Source: Acidiferrobacterales bacterium (GTDB lineage: Bacteria > Pseudomonadota > Gammaproteobacteria > Arenicellales > JAJDZL01). Taken from it: DNA of 64,000 nucleotides. The DNA lies in the NCBI GenBank assembly GCA_028820695.1, contig JAPPIB010000055.1, forward strand, positions 128,015 to 192,014, in the 5' to 3' direction. Of the stretch, positions 37,113-46,440 are shown piece by piece (the stretch's first letter is position 1; each line of letters opens with the position of its first letter). Made by a program: the position numbers and the translations under genes. Below the pieces are notes generated by a model. That model ran no database searches. It saw only the letters and a list, made by a program, of their open reading frames with translations, and was not told the origin of the DNA.

Positions 37113-37862
37113 CTAAATCCGGAAACTATGACCCAGATAGAATTTCTTTGCGGATTCATCCTCCATAATCTGCTGGGCAGTTCCGGAGGCAACGACGACG
37201 CCGTCGTTCATGATGTGGGCGCGGTGGCAGACCGTCAGCGTTTCGCGTACATTGTGATCGGTGATGAGAAATCCGACATTGCGCCTGCACAGCGCCTGAA
37301 GCAGTTCGGTCAGTTCGATCACCGCGATGGGGTCAATACCGGCAAACGGTTCGTCCAGCAAGATGAATCTCGGCTCCAGTGCAAGTGATCTCGCCATTTC
37401 GACCCGCCGTCGTTCTCCGCCGGACAGTGTTGCGGCTTTCTGGTCGCGCAGGTGTTCGATCTGGAACTCGCTCAGCAAGTCATACAGACATTCCTGGCGC
37501 TGATAATGCGTGACGGACCTGTTGGTTTCCAGCATTGCGGTAATATTCTGTTCGACAGTGAGATTACGGAAGATCGACGAATCCTGGGGTAGATAACCGA
37601 CACCCTTTCGGGCCCGGGCGTACATCGGCAACCCCGAGATATCATCCCCATCGAGCAGGACGGATCCACTGTCGCACTTTTCCAACCCGATTACGGCATT
37701 GAAACAGGTTGTCTTCCCCGCGCCATTGGGTCCCAGCAGACCGATGATTTCACCACTATCGACGTGCAGACTGACTGAATCGACAACCTTCCGGGACCGG
37801 AACGATTTGGAAATATTGACAACTTCCAGTCGGCTGGCTACGGAGTTCATGGTTGACAGCAT
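37113..37862 (-). CDS. lptB: LPS export ABC transporter ATP-binding protein LptB
   Basis: 249 aa with GPNGAGKTT, LSGGERRRVEMAR and LLDEPFAGIDP. It is followed upstream by lptA and lptC. Confidence 0.93.
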   Translation of the reverse strand: MLSTMNSVASRLEVVNISKSFRSRKVVDSVSLHVDSGEIIGLLGPNGAGKTTCFNAVIGLEKCDSGSVLLDGDDISGLPMYARARKGVGYLPQDSSIFRNLTVEQNITAMLETNRSVTHYQRQECLYDLLSEFQIEHLRDQKAATLSGGERRRVEMARSLALEPRFILLDEPFAGIDPIAVIELTELLQALCRRNVGFLITDHNVRETLTVCHRAHIMNDGVVVASGTAQQIMEDESAKKFYLGHSFRI

Positions 37863-37897
37863 TTTGTCAGCTCAACTCACGTCCAGACGGTTCGACT

Positions 37898-38410
37898 TCA
37901 ATTCTGCAACTGGATGATAACCGTCGTGCGACCCTCGTCGGGCGAGGTCTTGGCTTCATCTTCGGGCTGAGATGTCTGAAACTCCCCGGTTGACCAGTTG
38001 TACACGACCGCATGGGTATTGATGACGACATCACCCTGTTCGAATGTGACATTCCCCACCAGATTGATCTGATCGTCTGAATACTGCACGACAGCTTGAT
38101 CAGCAACGCCGCTGGCTGACTCCTGATCCGCTTCGTTGACCATAAACTCCAATGGATTCCCCGTGGCGGTGATGTTATTGTTACCATCTTCCAGGGTCTT
38201 TATCTCGACCTGATCCGCGGTCAGCATCACGGCCTCACTGACAAGTTCGACATCACCTTTGAATACCGTCGTCTCCCTGTCGTGGTCATACGTCGCTGTC
38301 ACTGCTGTGATCTTGACCTCATCGTCAGCAAGCAACGCAGCTGGCCAAGTTGTTATGCAACAGACCAGAATGCCAGCTGCTGTTCTGCCAAAATTACTGT
38401 TGAGATACAT
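37898..38410 (-). CDS. lptA: LPS transport periplasmic protein LptA (OstA-like)
   Basis: Signal peptide MYLNSNFGRTAAGILVCCITTWPAALLA followed by an OstA beta-jellyroll pattern (TVFKGDVELV...LVGNVTFEQG). The track start at 38500 overlaps lptC, so the ATG at 38410 is preferred. Confidence 0.8.
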   Translation of the reverse strand: MYLNSNFGRTAAGILVCCITTWPAALLADDEVKITAVTATYDHDRETTVFKGDVELVSEAVMLTADQVEIKTLEDGNNNITATGNPLEFMVNEADQESASGVADQAVVQYSDDQINLVGNVTFEQGDVVINTHAVVYNWSTGEFQTSQPEDEAKTSPDEGRTTVIIQLQN

Positions 38411-38447
38411 TTTCCATCCATTCGATCCGCATTTCACGATTTCAGGC

Positions 38448-38909
38448 TCATTGGCCCATGTCACCCAATTGAAATGTAAGGTTAGTGGTTGTTGAATCAA
38501 AAATTTTCACATCATCCGAGTTGACCAGGGAAATGGTGACATCGCCTGTCAGCGACATTTCCTGACTATCCTCATAATACCTTCCATTGTTTGCCGCAAG
38601 CGTGCGTGTGAATCCCTTTGCATCAATCTGCAGTACCCGCGGCTCGATCAGATCACTATGTCCCTTCTCAGGAAACTGCAACAGACTGCTCGCTTCAATC
38701 GTATAATTGACATTCATATCAGGTACGATGCCGTTGATCACAACTTCCTGAATGACTCGGGTGCGTTGAAAAAAATCTGAATCGTTCGAATTTTCCTCGT
38801 CTTCTTGCATTGTCAAGCTTGTTAAAGCAATCAGACCAATTGCGACGATCGAGGTCAACCCTACCAACTTTCTCAGTTGTCCGCGCAGCAAACCCTTAAG
38901 TCCATTCAT
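38448..38909 (-). CDS. lptC: LPS export system protein LptC
   Basis: 153 aa with an N-terminal membrane anchor (LVGLTSIVAIGLIALTSL) and the LptC-like motif MSLTGDVTI. It lies immediately upstream of lptA. Confidence 0.7.
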   Translation of the reverse strand: MNGLKGLLRGQLRKLVGLTSIVAIGLIALTSLTMQEDEENSNDSDFFQRTRVIQEVVINGIVPDMNVNYTIEASSLLQFPEKGHSDLIEPRVLQIDAKGFTRTLAANNGRYYEDSQEMSLTGDVTISLVNSDDVKIFDSTTTNLTFQLGDMGQ

Positions 38910-38963
38910 TTCAGATCGCAGTATCGGCCAACGAAACCAGACACTTACCCAACTGTTTGTCCG

Positions 38964-39770
38964 TTGTCGGAATCAAGTAAATCTATAGTTTCAATCGAAG
39001 AGGTCAGCTTCTTCTTTGGTGAGAAGAAGGTCTACTGTAATGTTAACATAGAAATACCTCTTCGTGGTATCAGTGTGATCATGGGACCTAGTGGTTGCGG
39101 CAAGTCCACGTTGCTGAACCTGATTTGCGGAAGATTGCGTCCGAGCAGCGGCAATGTCAGGGTATTCGGAGATCACGTCTCGAATCTGAGCGAGCCGGAA
39201 CTTTTCCGGTTGCGACGTAGAATGGGAATGATGTTTCAGTCCAATGCGCTGCTGACAGACCTGAGCGTCTTTGAGAATGTGGCATTTCCCGTACGCGAGA
39301 ACACCGATCTGCCCGAGGAGTTGATTCGGGCTCTGGTGCTGATGAAACTCGAGCAGGTGGGCATGCGGGGCACACAGGCACTCATGCCGTCAGAACTGTC
39401 GGGCGGCATGTCACGTCGTGTCGCACTGGCGAGAGCGACGGTCATGGATCCGGAATTGTTGCTTTACGACGAACCCTTTACCGGTCTCGACCCGGTTTCT
39501 CTCGGGGTGATCACCAAGCTCGTCAGGGAATTGACGGACGCCTTGAATACAACCTCCATAGTGGTGACGCACGATGTCGAGGAGGGATTGAGCATCGCCG
39601 ATTACGTCTACCTGCTGGGGGACGGCGCACTGCTGGCAAGCGGTACCCCGAAACAATTGCTGGCAAGTTCCCAGCCGGAGGTGAGACAGTTCCTGCACGG
39701 CCTGCCCGACGGACCGGTTCCGTTTCACTATCCGGCCAATGATTACCGGGACGACCTGCTTGAACGCTGA
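38964..39770 (+). CDS. mlaF: phospholipid ABC transporter ATP-binding protein MlaF
   Basis: GPSGCGKSTLL, LSGGMSRRVALARA and LLYDEPFTGLDP. The track ATG at 38877 would overlap divergent lptC, so the TTG at 38964 (268 aa) is preferred. The start remains uncertain. Confidence 0.85.
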   Translation: MSESSKSIVSIEEVSFFFGEKKVYCNVNIEIPLRGISVIMGPSGCGKSTLLNLICGRLRPSSGNVRVFGDHVSNLSEPELFRLRRRMGMMFQSNALLTDLSVFENVAFPVRENTDLPEELIRALVLMKLEQVGMRGTQALMPSELSGGMSRRVALARATVMDPELLLYDEPFTGLDPVSLGVITKLVRELTDALNTTSIVVTHDVEEGLSIADYVYLLGDGALLASGTPKQLLASSQPEVRQFLHGLPDGPVPFHYPANDYRDDLLER

Positions 39771-40554
39771 CCGCCTCACAAACTGGATCCGCTCCATCGG
39801 AGCAACAGCATTGGGCGTTGTGGAACGGTTGGGTTACGCGGTCGTATTCCTTTCACGGTGTCTGGCCCGATTCCCCAAAGTGGTCATGCGGCCCTCCTTG
39901 ATTGTCCAGCAGCTGTACTCGGTCGGTGTGCTGACGGTGGTGATCACAATTGTCGCAGGTGCGTTCGTGGGTATGGTTCTTGGATTTCAGGGTTATTACA
40001 CTCTGGTTGATTTTGGTGCTGAGAGTTCACTCGGACTGGTCGTGGCATTGAGCCTTACACGCGAGCTCGGACCGGTCTTGTCGGCCTTGCTATATGTCGG
40101 CCGGGCGGGGTCAGCATTGACTGCGGAGATCGGACTGATGAAAACCACCGAACAGCTGGCGGCCCTGGAAATGATGGCCGTCAACCCCATTCAGAGGGTC
40201 GTCGCCCCGCGTCTATTGGCCGGAATCATCACAGTGCCCCTGCTGTGTGCAATGTTCACCTTTGTCGGAATATTCGGTGGATACTTTATCGGGGTCGTGC
40301 AGCTCGGCGTTGATGCGGGTGTTTACTGGTCGGCAATCCGCGATGGTGTGGATCTTCACCAGGATGTCGCGAACGGAATGATCAAGAGTGTTGTATTCGG
40401 TGTGATCGTGACCTGGATTGCGGTGTTTGAAGGTTATGACTCCTATCCATCTGCCGAAGGCATCAGCAGTGCGACAACGCGCACAGTTGTAGCGGGATCT
40501 TTGGCTGTCCTGGGGGTCGACTACATTCTCACTGCGCTGATGTTCAGGTTCTGA
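39739..40554 (+). CDS. mlaE: phospholipid ABC transporter permease MlaE
   Basis: 271 aa with the MlaE pattern ...LTRELGPVLSALLYVGRAGSALTAEIGLMKTTEQLAALEMMAVNP. Confidence 0.88.
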   Translation: MITGTTCLNADRLTNWIRSIGATALGVVERLGYAVVFLSRCLARFPKVVMRPSLIVQQLYSVGVLTVVITIVAGAFVGMVLGFQGYYTLVDFGAESSLGLVVALSLTRELGPVLSALLYVGRAGSALTAEIGLMKTTEQLAALEMMAVNPIQRVVAPRLLAGIITVPLLCAMFTFVGIFGGYFIGVVQLGVDAGVYWSAIRDGVDLHQDVANGMIKSVVFGVIVTWIAVFEGYDSYPSAEGISSATTRTVVAGSLAVLGVDYILTALMFRF

Positions 40555-40649
40555 CTGGAAAATCCCGCATGCACCTGTGTCCTGCGGATCTTGCATTTTG
40601 GCAAGACGATAATGCGGACAGTCCGGGCGTCATCCGATCAATGGATAGC

Positions 40650-40890
40650 ATGGCAGTCTGTACCCACCGCGAACGATCAGGTTCTGTTGCCGGGATCGGT
40701 CAGTTTGAAGTCAATGCGATTGGACTTGCGGCATTCGATGAGACAGCGTGAGCGTCCTGAAGCAGTGTCATGGGTGACACTGGCGGGAAAAGACGATTTG
40801 CGAGCCGCTAGGGACATCAGGGAGTTCGACTGCCAGACAGTCTCGCTTCAGGCGTCGATTTGCCGCCTGCCGAGGATTTGAATATGGGAC
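40650..40890 (+). pseudogene. decayed enoyl-CoA hydratase (crotonase) domain relic upstream of the 3-hydroxyacyl-CoA dehydrogenase gene
   Basis: Fragments lie in two frames and are broken by stops. They are ...FEVNAIGLAAFDETA*, ...PEAVSWVTLAGKDDLRAARDIREFD...ICRLPRI*, then ...NMGREAFFELGADD...ERALRHVLAAEREA. These resemble the PVNAL, AGADIREF, QRLPRL, GLVD and FFAEREA landmarks of FadN-type crotonase domains. About 100 codons remain where about 280 are expected. Confidence 0.4.
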
Positions 40891-42218
40891 GGGAAGCGTT
40901 TTTTGAGCTCGGAGCAGACGATCAGGAAAGAGCGCTTCGACACGTTCTTGCTGCCGAACGCGAGGCAAGGTCGATGCGACTTTCTGAATCTGAACCGGCA
41001 ATGAACGATCATGTCGCGGTCATCGGTGGCGGACACATGGGTTCAGGAATCGCCTATGTGTTGCTGACTGCCGGTTATCTGGTGACGATCATCGAGTCCG
41101 ATTCCGAGTCCTGCGTTCGTGCGCAATCCAATGTTCATAGGCTTATTGATGCCAGCATCCAACGCAATTACATCACACAGCCGGAGGGCTCAGATTGTCG
41201 TGCCCGACTTGTCGTCAGTTCAGGCTATGGGGGTATTGCTGACGTATCGGTCGCGATCGAGGCGGTATACGAGGATATGCAGACCAAGCAATCCGTCTTC
41301 AAGATGCTGGAGACGAATGTTGCACAATGCGCAATCCTTGCTTCCAATACCTCGTATCTCGATCTGAACGAGATTGCGAGTGTTCTTGAAGATCCGTCTC
41401 GAGCGATCGGTCTTCACTTTTTCGCGCCGGCTCACATCATGAAACTGCTGGAAGTCATCCGCGGTGACGCCACTTCGGAACGCGTAATTTCTGCAGCGCT
41501 TGCCATAGCGCGACGATTGGGCAAGGTACCGGTTTTGGCGGGTGTTTGCGATGGGTTTATCGGCAATCGTATTGTGGCCCGCTATCGGGAGGCCGCCGAC
41601 TCACTGCTGCTGGATGGCGCATTGCCCTGGGAAGTTGATCAGGCCATGGTAAGTTTCGGTTATCCAATGGGACCTTACGAGGCACAGGACTTATCCGGAC
41701 TTGACATCGCCTACGCAAGCCGTCGACGACGCGATGCAAGCCGCGATCCAAATCGTCGATATGTATCAATCGCCGATAAAATGGTCGAAAGCGGCAGACT
41801 CGGCAGAAAATCCGGACTCGGTTGGTATCGTTATCCGACGTCACGTGAAAAGCAGATCGATCCTCAGGTTGAGGCATTGATACTGGAACAGTCCAGTCTG
41901 ATGGCAGTCAGTCGCACCTCATTTTCCCCAGATGAAGTTCAACAACGTCTGGTGCTGGCGATGATCAATGAGGCGGCCGATATCCTGCACGAGGGCATTG
42001 CGAACTGTGCGGCTGACATCGATCTGGTTACGATTTTCGGCTACGGATTTCCGCGCTGGCGCGGTGGTCTCATGCACTACGCTGACTTGATTGGTGTTGA
42101 TGAGATTGTGCTCAGGCTGGAAAGTCTTCGGAATCAGGACCCAGTGGTCTGGGTGCCCAGTGCGCTACTGTATTCATGTGCCGCCGAAAACCTGAAAATC
42201 TCCGATTATCGCGCATGA
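40860..42218 (+). CDS. 3-hydroxyacyl-CoA dehydrogenase (NAD-binding and C-terminal domains only)
   Basis: Rossmann motif VAVIGGGHMGSGIA, then HFFAPAHIMKLLEV and GFIGNRI. The functional start is probably the ATG at 41001 (MNDHVAVIGGG). The first ~47 codons of the track ORF look like relic crotonase-linker sequence. Confidence 0.88.
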   Translation: MPPAEDLNMGREAFFELGADDQERALRHVLAAEREARSMRLSESEPAMNDHVAVIGGGHMGSGIAYVLLTAGYLVTIIESDSESCVRAQSNVHRLIDASIQRNYITQPEGSDCRARLVVSSGYGGIADVSVAIEAVYEDMQTKQSVFKMLETNVAQCAILASNTSYLDLNEIASVLEDPSRAIGLHFFAPAHIMKLLEVIRGDATSERVISAALAIARRLGKVPVLAGVCDGFIGNRIVARYREAADSLLLDGALPWEVDQAMVSFGYPMGPYEAQDLSGLDIAYASRRRRDASRDPNRRYVSIADKMVESGRLGRKSGLGWYRYPTSREKQIDPQVEALILEQSSLMAVSRTSFSPDEVQQRLVLAMINEAADILHEGIANCAADIDLVTIFGYGFPRWRGGLMHYADLIGVDEIVLRLESLRNQDPVVWVPSALLYSCAAENLKISDYRA

Positions 42219-42273
42219 GACGCGATTGGGATTTCAGGTTGCCGTCGGCAAATCAGTCCTGCGCAGGTACCGT

Positions 42274-43467
42274 TCAGACTTTCTCAAGCGCGATGGCTAT
42301 TCCCTGACCTACACCGACACACATCGTCGCCAACGCGAAGTCTCCGGCATTTTTCAGTTCGAGTGCGGCGCTGCCTGCAATGCGCGCACCGGACATTCCA
42401 AGTGGGTGTCCGAGTGCGATTGCACCACCGTTCGGGTTGACATGTCCGGCGTCATCGTCGACACGGAGCTCGCGCAGAACTGCAAGCGCCTGACTTGCGA
42501 ACGCCTCATTCAGTTCGATCACACTGAACGACTTTGGTGTGAGGTTGAGCTGGTTGCACAATCGGCGGGTGGCCGGGACGGGACCGACGCCCATGATTCT
42601 GGGCGCTACGCCGGCACTCGCGCCGCCGGCAATGCGGGCGATCGGTTTCAGATCAAACTGGCGCACGGCGTCTTCACTCGCGACCAGTAATGCCGCAGCC
42701 CCATCGTTGACACCGGAAGCATTGCCCGCGGTGACGCAGCCATTGTCGCGAAACAATGGCGGCAGCGCCCGCAGGCTCTCAAGTGTTGTCTCGCGTGGAT
42801 GCTCATCCTTGCTGACAGCAATGGGTTCGGTATGCGGCTGCGGAACCTCGACAGGAGTAATTTCGGTGGCAAGTCTTGCTGTGGCGGAATTGGCGCGGGT
42901 CTGGCTTCTCAGTGCGAATTGATCCTGGTCATCGCGGGATATGCCATATTCTTCGGCAACAATTTGTGCAGTTTGCGCCATCGAGTCGACTCCGTATTGC
43001 TGTCTGATCAGCGGATTGACGAAGCGCCAGCCCAGGGTCGTGTCGTAAATTTCGGCTTTGCGCGAAAAAGGCCGGGTGGCTTTTGGCATGACGAATGGTG
43101 CACGGCTCATGCTTTCGACGCCGCCGGCGATGACGAGATCAAGATCACCGCAGCGAATTGAGCGGGATGCCATGATCAATGCATCCATTCCGGACCCGCA
43201 CAGTCGGTTGATGGTTGTACCCGGAACTGAATGTGGAATCCCTGCGAGCAGGAGTGCCATGCGAGCGACGTTTCGGTTATCCTCTCCGGCCTGGTTCGCA
43301 CACCCCAGGATTACCTCATCAATTCTTGCCGGATCGAGCCTGTCATTGCGCTCGAGCAGTGCCTGAATGGGAATGGCGGCGAGGTCATCGGTACGGATAT
43401 CGCAAAGTGTGCCGCCGAATCTGCCGATCGGTGTGCGGATGTAATCACAGATAAAGGATTCCGGCAT
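42274..43467 (-). CDS. 3-oxoadipyl-CoA/acetyl-CoA C-acyltransferase (PcaF/PaaJ-like thiolase)
   Basis: The ATG at 43467 has a GGAG SD, giving MPESFICDYIRTPIGRFGG..., the typical PcaF/PaaJ N-terminus. It also has NRLCGSG (active Cys) and a C-terminal CVGVGQG. The track ORF to 43629 is an N-terminal over-extension. Confidence 0.9.
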   Translation of the reverse strand: MPESFICDYIRTPIGRFGGTLCDIRTDDLAAIPIQALLERNDRLDPARIDEVILGCANQAGEDNRNVARMALLLAGIPHSVPGTTINRLCGSGMDALIMASRSIRCGDLDLVIAGGVESMSRAPFVMPKATRPFSRKAEIYDTTLGWRFVNPLIRQQYGVDSMAQTAQIVAEEYGISRDDQDQFALRSQTRANSATARLATEITPVEVPQPHTEPIAVSKDEHPRETTLESLRALPPLFRDNGCVTAGNASGVNDGAAALLVASEDAVRQFDLKPIARIAGGASAGVAPRIMGVGPVPATRRLCNQLNLTPKSFSVIELNEAFASQALAVLRELRVDDDAGHVNPNGGAIALGHPLGMSGARIAGSAALELKNAGDFALATMCVGVGQGIAIALEKV

Positions 43468-43717
43468 GGGGGTTTTAGCTCCAATTGAATTGACAACCTG
43501 TCTCATTTGTGTTGGGCAGGAAAAACATCCTCGTGTGCCCCGACGGCGATTCGAACTGCCCGATCCACTATCAGTGTATTCCAGAAAAGGACATTGCATC
43601 TGCCGGATTTCGGGCGTGACGAAGGTCAAATAACTTCCAAGGTAACAATAAGTCTATAGTCATGACTATGGTCAATATGCAATTCCATCCGATCCTATCC
43701 AGTTTTGGAGCAAGCCG

Positions 43718-43993
43718 ATGGAAATTGACAAGTCGACTGGTGAAAGAACAATCAAGGCGTCTGAATTCAAGGCGAAGTGTCTCAAGTTGATGGACGAGGT
43801 CGCGAACACTGGTGAAGCGTTGGTGATATCAAAAAATGGCCGTTTGATCGCCCGTCTCGTGCCTTATCGAAGCAGGCCTGTCAGCCTGTATGGAATCGAT
43901 AAGGGTAAAATCGAGATTCTTGGGGACATCATTGAACCGGTGGATGTCAAATGGGAAGCAAATGCGGACAAATCCACGGAAGTCGATAATTGA
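43718..43993 (+). CDS. type II antitoxin, Phd/YefM family
   Basis: 91 aa. ...IKASEFKAKCLKLMDEVANTGEALVISKNGRLIARLVP matches Phd/YefM. Its stop overlaps the start of the downstream PIN toxin by 4 nt. Confidence 0.8.
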   Translation: MEIDKSTGERTIKASEFKAKCLKLMDEVANTGEALVISKNGRLIARLVPYRSRPVSLYGIDKGKIEILGDIIEPVDVKWEANADKSTEVDN

Positions 43994-44409
43994 TTCGGCT
44001 TGATACGCACGTTCTCTTGTGGCTTCGCAGTGGTGAGAAGTCTCTGGGTTCTGCTGCACGGAAAAAGATCGATCAGGCTTGGCAATCGGAGGATATTGCT
44101 GTCTGCTCGATTTCATTCTGGGAAATTTTCATGCTCCAAGGCAAAGACAGAATCAGGCTATCTGAGAACATTGGAAATTGGCGGCGCGTCCTGCTGGAAC
44201 AGGGCGTGGTGGAGATTCAGGTGGATGGGAGCATAAGCCTGCGAGCGGCCAGTCTGGCTGACTTTCACACTGACCGTGCCGACCGCGTGATCGTTGCCGC
44301 CGCACTCAACGGCCATTGCCTGGTTACCGCTGACAAACGTATCCTTGATTGGCCTGGCGAACTTGAGCGGCTGGACGCGTCTGAGCAGTTCCCGAGAACG
44401 TCGTGTTGA
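43990..44409 (+). CDS. vapC: type II toxin, PIN-domain VapC family
   Basis: 139 aa with LDTHVLLW (Asp), SFWEI (Glu) and DRADRVIVAAA...VTADKRI, the acidic PIN residues. Confidence 0.85.
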   Translation: MIRLDTHVLLWLRSGEKSLGSAARKKIDQAWQSEDIAVCSISFWEIFMLQGKDRIRLSENIGNWRRVLLEQGVVEIQVDGSISLRAASLADFHTDRADRVIVAAALNGHCLVTADKRILDWPGELERLDASEQFPRTSC

Positions 44410-44892
44410 CTCGTATAGACGTCAGCTGAATACCAGTTTGGACATTTGAGGGCGGTTGACATCCTGTCTGCGCAAACCGCTCCCTTACCGCTGTTTCGTC
44501 TGGACATCTGACCGGCAATCCCACCAAGATCATGCCTCTGCGATCGTGCATTCCTGATGCTTTTCTCGCCATGACTTAAGCCCGTGTTGCCGTCCTCAAC
44601 GCGGAGCTGCAGACATCAGATATGCTGCATTGGAAGACGCAAGTATTTTCTATGAGTGTTCGCGTGATGCAGAAGCAATGCCGCGGCGATCATTGGATCA
44701 CAAGAGACGATTGATCTTTGCTGAAATCCCAGCCTCACGGCAGGCTTGTGCTTGCGAGAAGGTTTGCAGGGCATGGATTTCCGACACTTTTCCCAAACAT
44801 ATACAAATGATCTGGCGTACTTATAATGTTCAACCACAAACTCTTCAGGGGGAGTGTTGATTGATAGATGTTCAGCATTGTCGAGTGAGTTT

Positions 44893-46440
44893 ATGGAAAG
44901 CACGAACAACAAAAATGCTGCGCTTTGGTTTGTCGACCGGCATGTCGAACAGGGCAGGTCCGACAAGGTGGCGTTCCGGGAGGCGTCGGATGAGAGCCGA
45001 ACTCTGACCTATGGTGAGTTGGCCGAGCGTTCCAGTCTGGTAGCGGACGCTTTTTCCAAACTGGATATCCGACGCGAAGAAAGAGTAGCCTGTCTCTTGC
45101 TTGACCAGATTGAATACCCTGAAGTGTTCTGGGGAGCATTGAAGTCGGGAGTTGTACCTGTGCTGATCAACACATTGTTGTCAACAGCAGTGTACAGCGC
45201 CATCCTTGAAGACAGCCGGGCGGTGTGCCTGATTGTCTCGTCCGAGTTACTTGACCGGGTGATGCCAGCAGTTGAGGGCAACCCTTACCTGCGCGAGGTT
45301 GTCGTGGTCGGCCGCGATGCACCGCAGGGCATGTCTGTGTACAGTGACTTCATAACGGATACAAAACCGCGTCAGCCAATTGATGTCGATGGAGACGAGT
45401 GTGCGTTTTGGCTCTATTCGTCAGGATCAACCGGCAATCCCAAGGGTGTACGACACGTCCACAGCGCCCTGCGGGCGACTGCAGAAACCTATGGCGCACA
45501 AGTTCTTGGGATACGCAGCGGTGATGTGGTTTTCTCGGCGGCCAAGATTTTCTTTGCCTATGGGCTTGGAAATTCGATGACGTTTCCGATGTCGGTCGGC
45601 GCTACCGCAGTCTTGTTTAACGGTCGACCCACCCCGGACATGGTGCTGCAAGTCATCGAGCAGGAACAGCCAACCGTGTTTTTCGGTGTTCCGACATTGT
45701 ATGCAGCGGTGATTGCCAGGTTGGAGGGCAGTGAGACGCCGTCATCCAATCTTCGGGTCTGCATATCAGCGGGTGAGGCTTTGCCTGAGGAGATCGGTCT
45801 TCGTTGGCGGGACATCTGGGGCGTCGACATTCTCGATGGGGTCGGTTCAACCGAAATGCTGCATATTTTTCTCAGCAACCGATCGGATGATGTTGTATTT
45901 GGCACGTCGGGAACCGCGGTACCCGGTTACGAGCTGCGTTGTGTTGACGAGGATGGCAAAGAGGTTCAGGCGGGGCAAATCGGTGAGTTGCTGGTGCGAG
46001 GAGACTCATCCGCCGATGGATATTGGAACCAGCGCAGCAAAAGTCGGTCAACATTCGAGGGCGAGTGGACACGAACCGGAGACAAATTCGAATACTCGGG
46101 CGGGGGCCGTTACGTCTATTGCGGCCGAACCGACGATATGTTCAAGGTTTCGGGTATCTGGGTCTCGCCGTTCGAGGTGGAACAGGCACTGGTGTCTCAC
46201 GATGCTGTCCTTGAGGCGGCGGTTGTGGCGGCGAGAGACAAAGATGGACTTGAGAAACCGAAGGCATTCGTCGTACTCAATCATGATGCGGATGATTCGG
46301 ACATTCGCGGCGTTCTCAAGGAGTTTGTGAAAGACAGGATCGGACTATGGAAGTATCCGCGTTGGATTGATATTGTTGACGAACTTCCAAAAACAGCGAC
46401 TGGAAAAATTCAGCGATTCAAACTGCGGGAACCTCAATGA
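44893..46440 (+). CDS. benzoate-CoA ligase family protein
   Basis: AMP-binding motif FWLYSSGSTGNPKGVRHVH, plus YGLGNS, GELLVRGDS and PKTATGKIQRFKLR. The likely start is the ATG at 44893 (MESTNNKNAALWFVDRH); the track ORF starts at 44854. Confidence 0.85.
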   Translation: MESTNNKNAALWFVDRHVEQGRSDKVAFREASDESRTLTYGELAERSSLVADAFSKLDIRREERVACLLLDQIEYPEVFWGALKSGVVPVLINTLLSTAVYSAILEDSRAVCLIVSSELLDRVMPAVEGNPYLREVVVVGRDAPQGMSVYSDFITDTKPRQPIDVDGDECAFWLYSSGSTGNPKGVRHVHSALRATAETYGAQVLGIRSGDVVFSAAKIFFAYGLGNSMTFPMSVGATAVLFNGRPTPDMVLQVIEQEQPTVFFGVPTLYAAVIARLEGSETPSSNLRVCISAGEALPEEIGLRWRDIWGVDILDGVGSTEMLHIFLSNRSDDVVFGTSGTAVPGYELRCVDEDGKEVQAGQIGELLVRGDSSADGYWNQRSKSRSTFEGEWTRTGDKFEYSGGGRYVYCGRTDDMFKVSGIWVSPFEVEQALVSHDAVLEAAVVAARDKDGLEKPKAFVVLNHDADDSDIRGVLKEFVKDRIGLWKYPRWIDIVDELPKTATGKIQRFKLREPQ

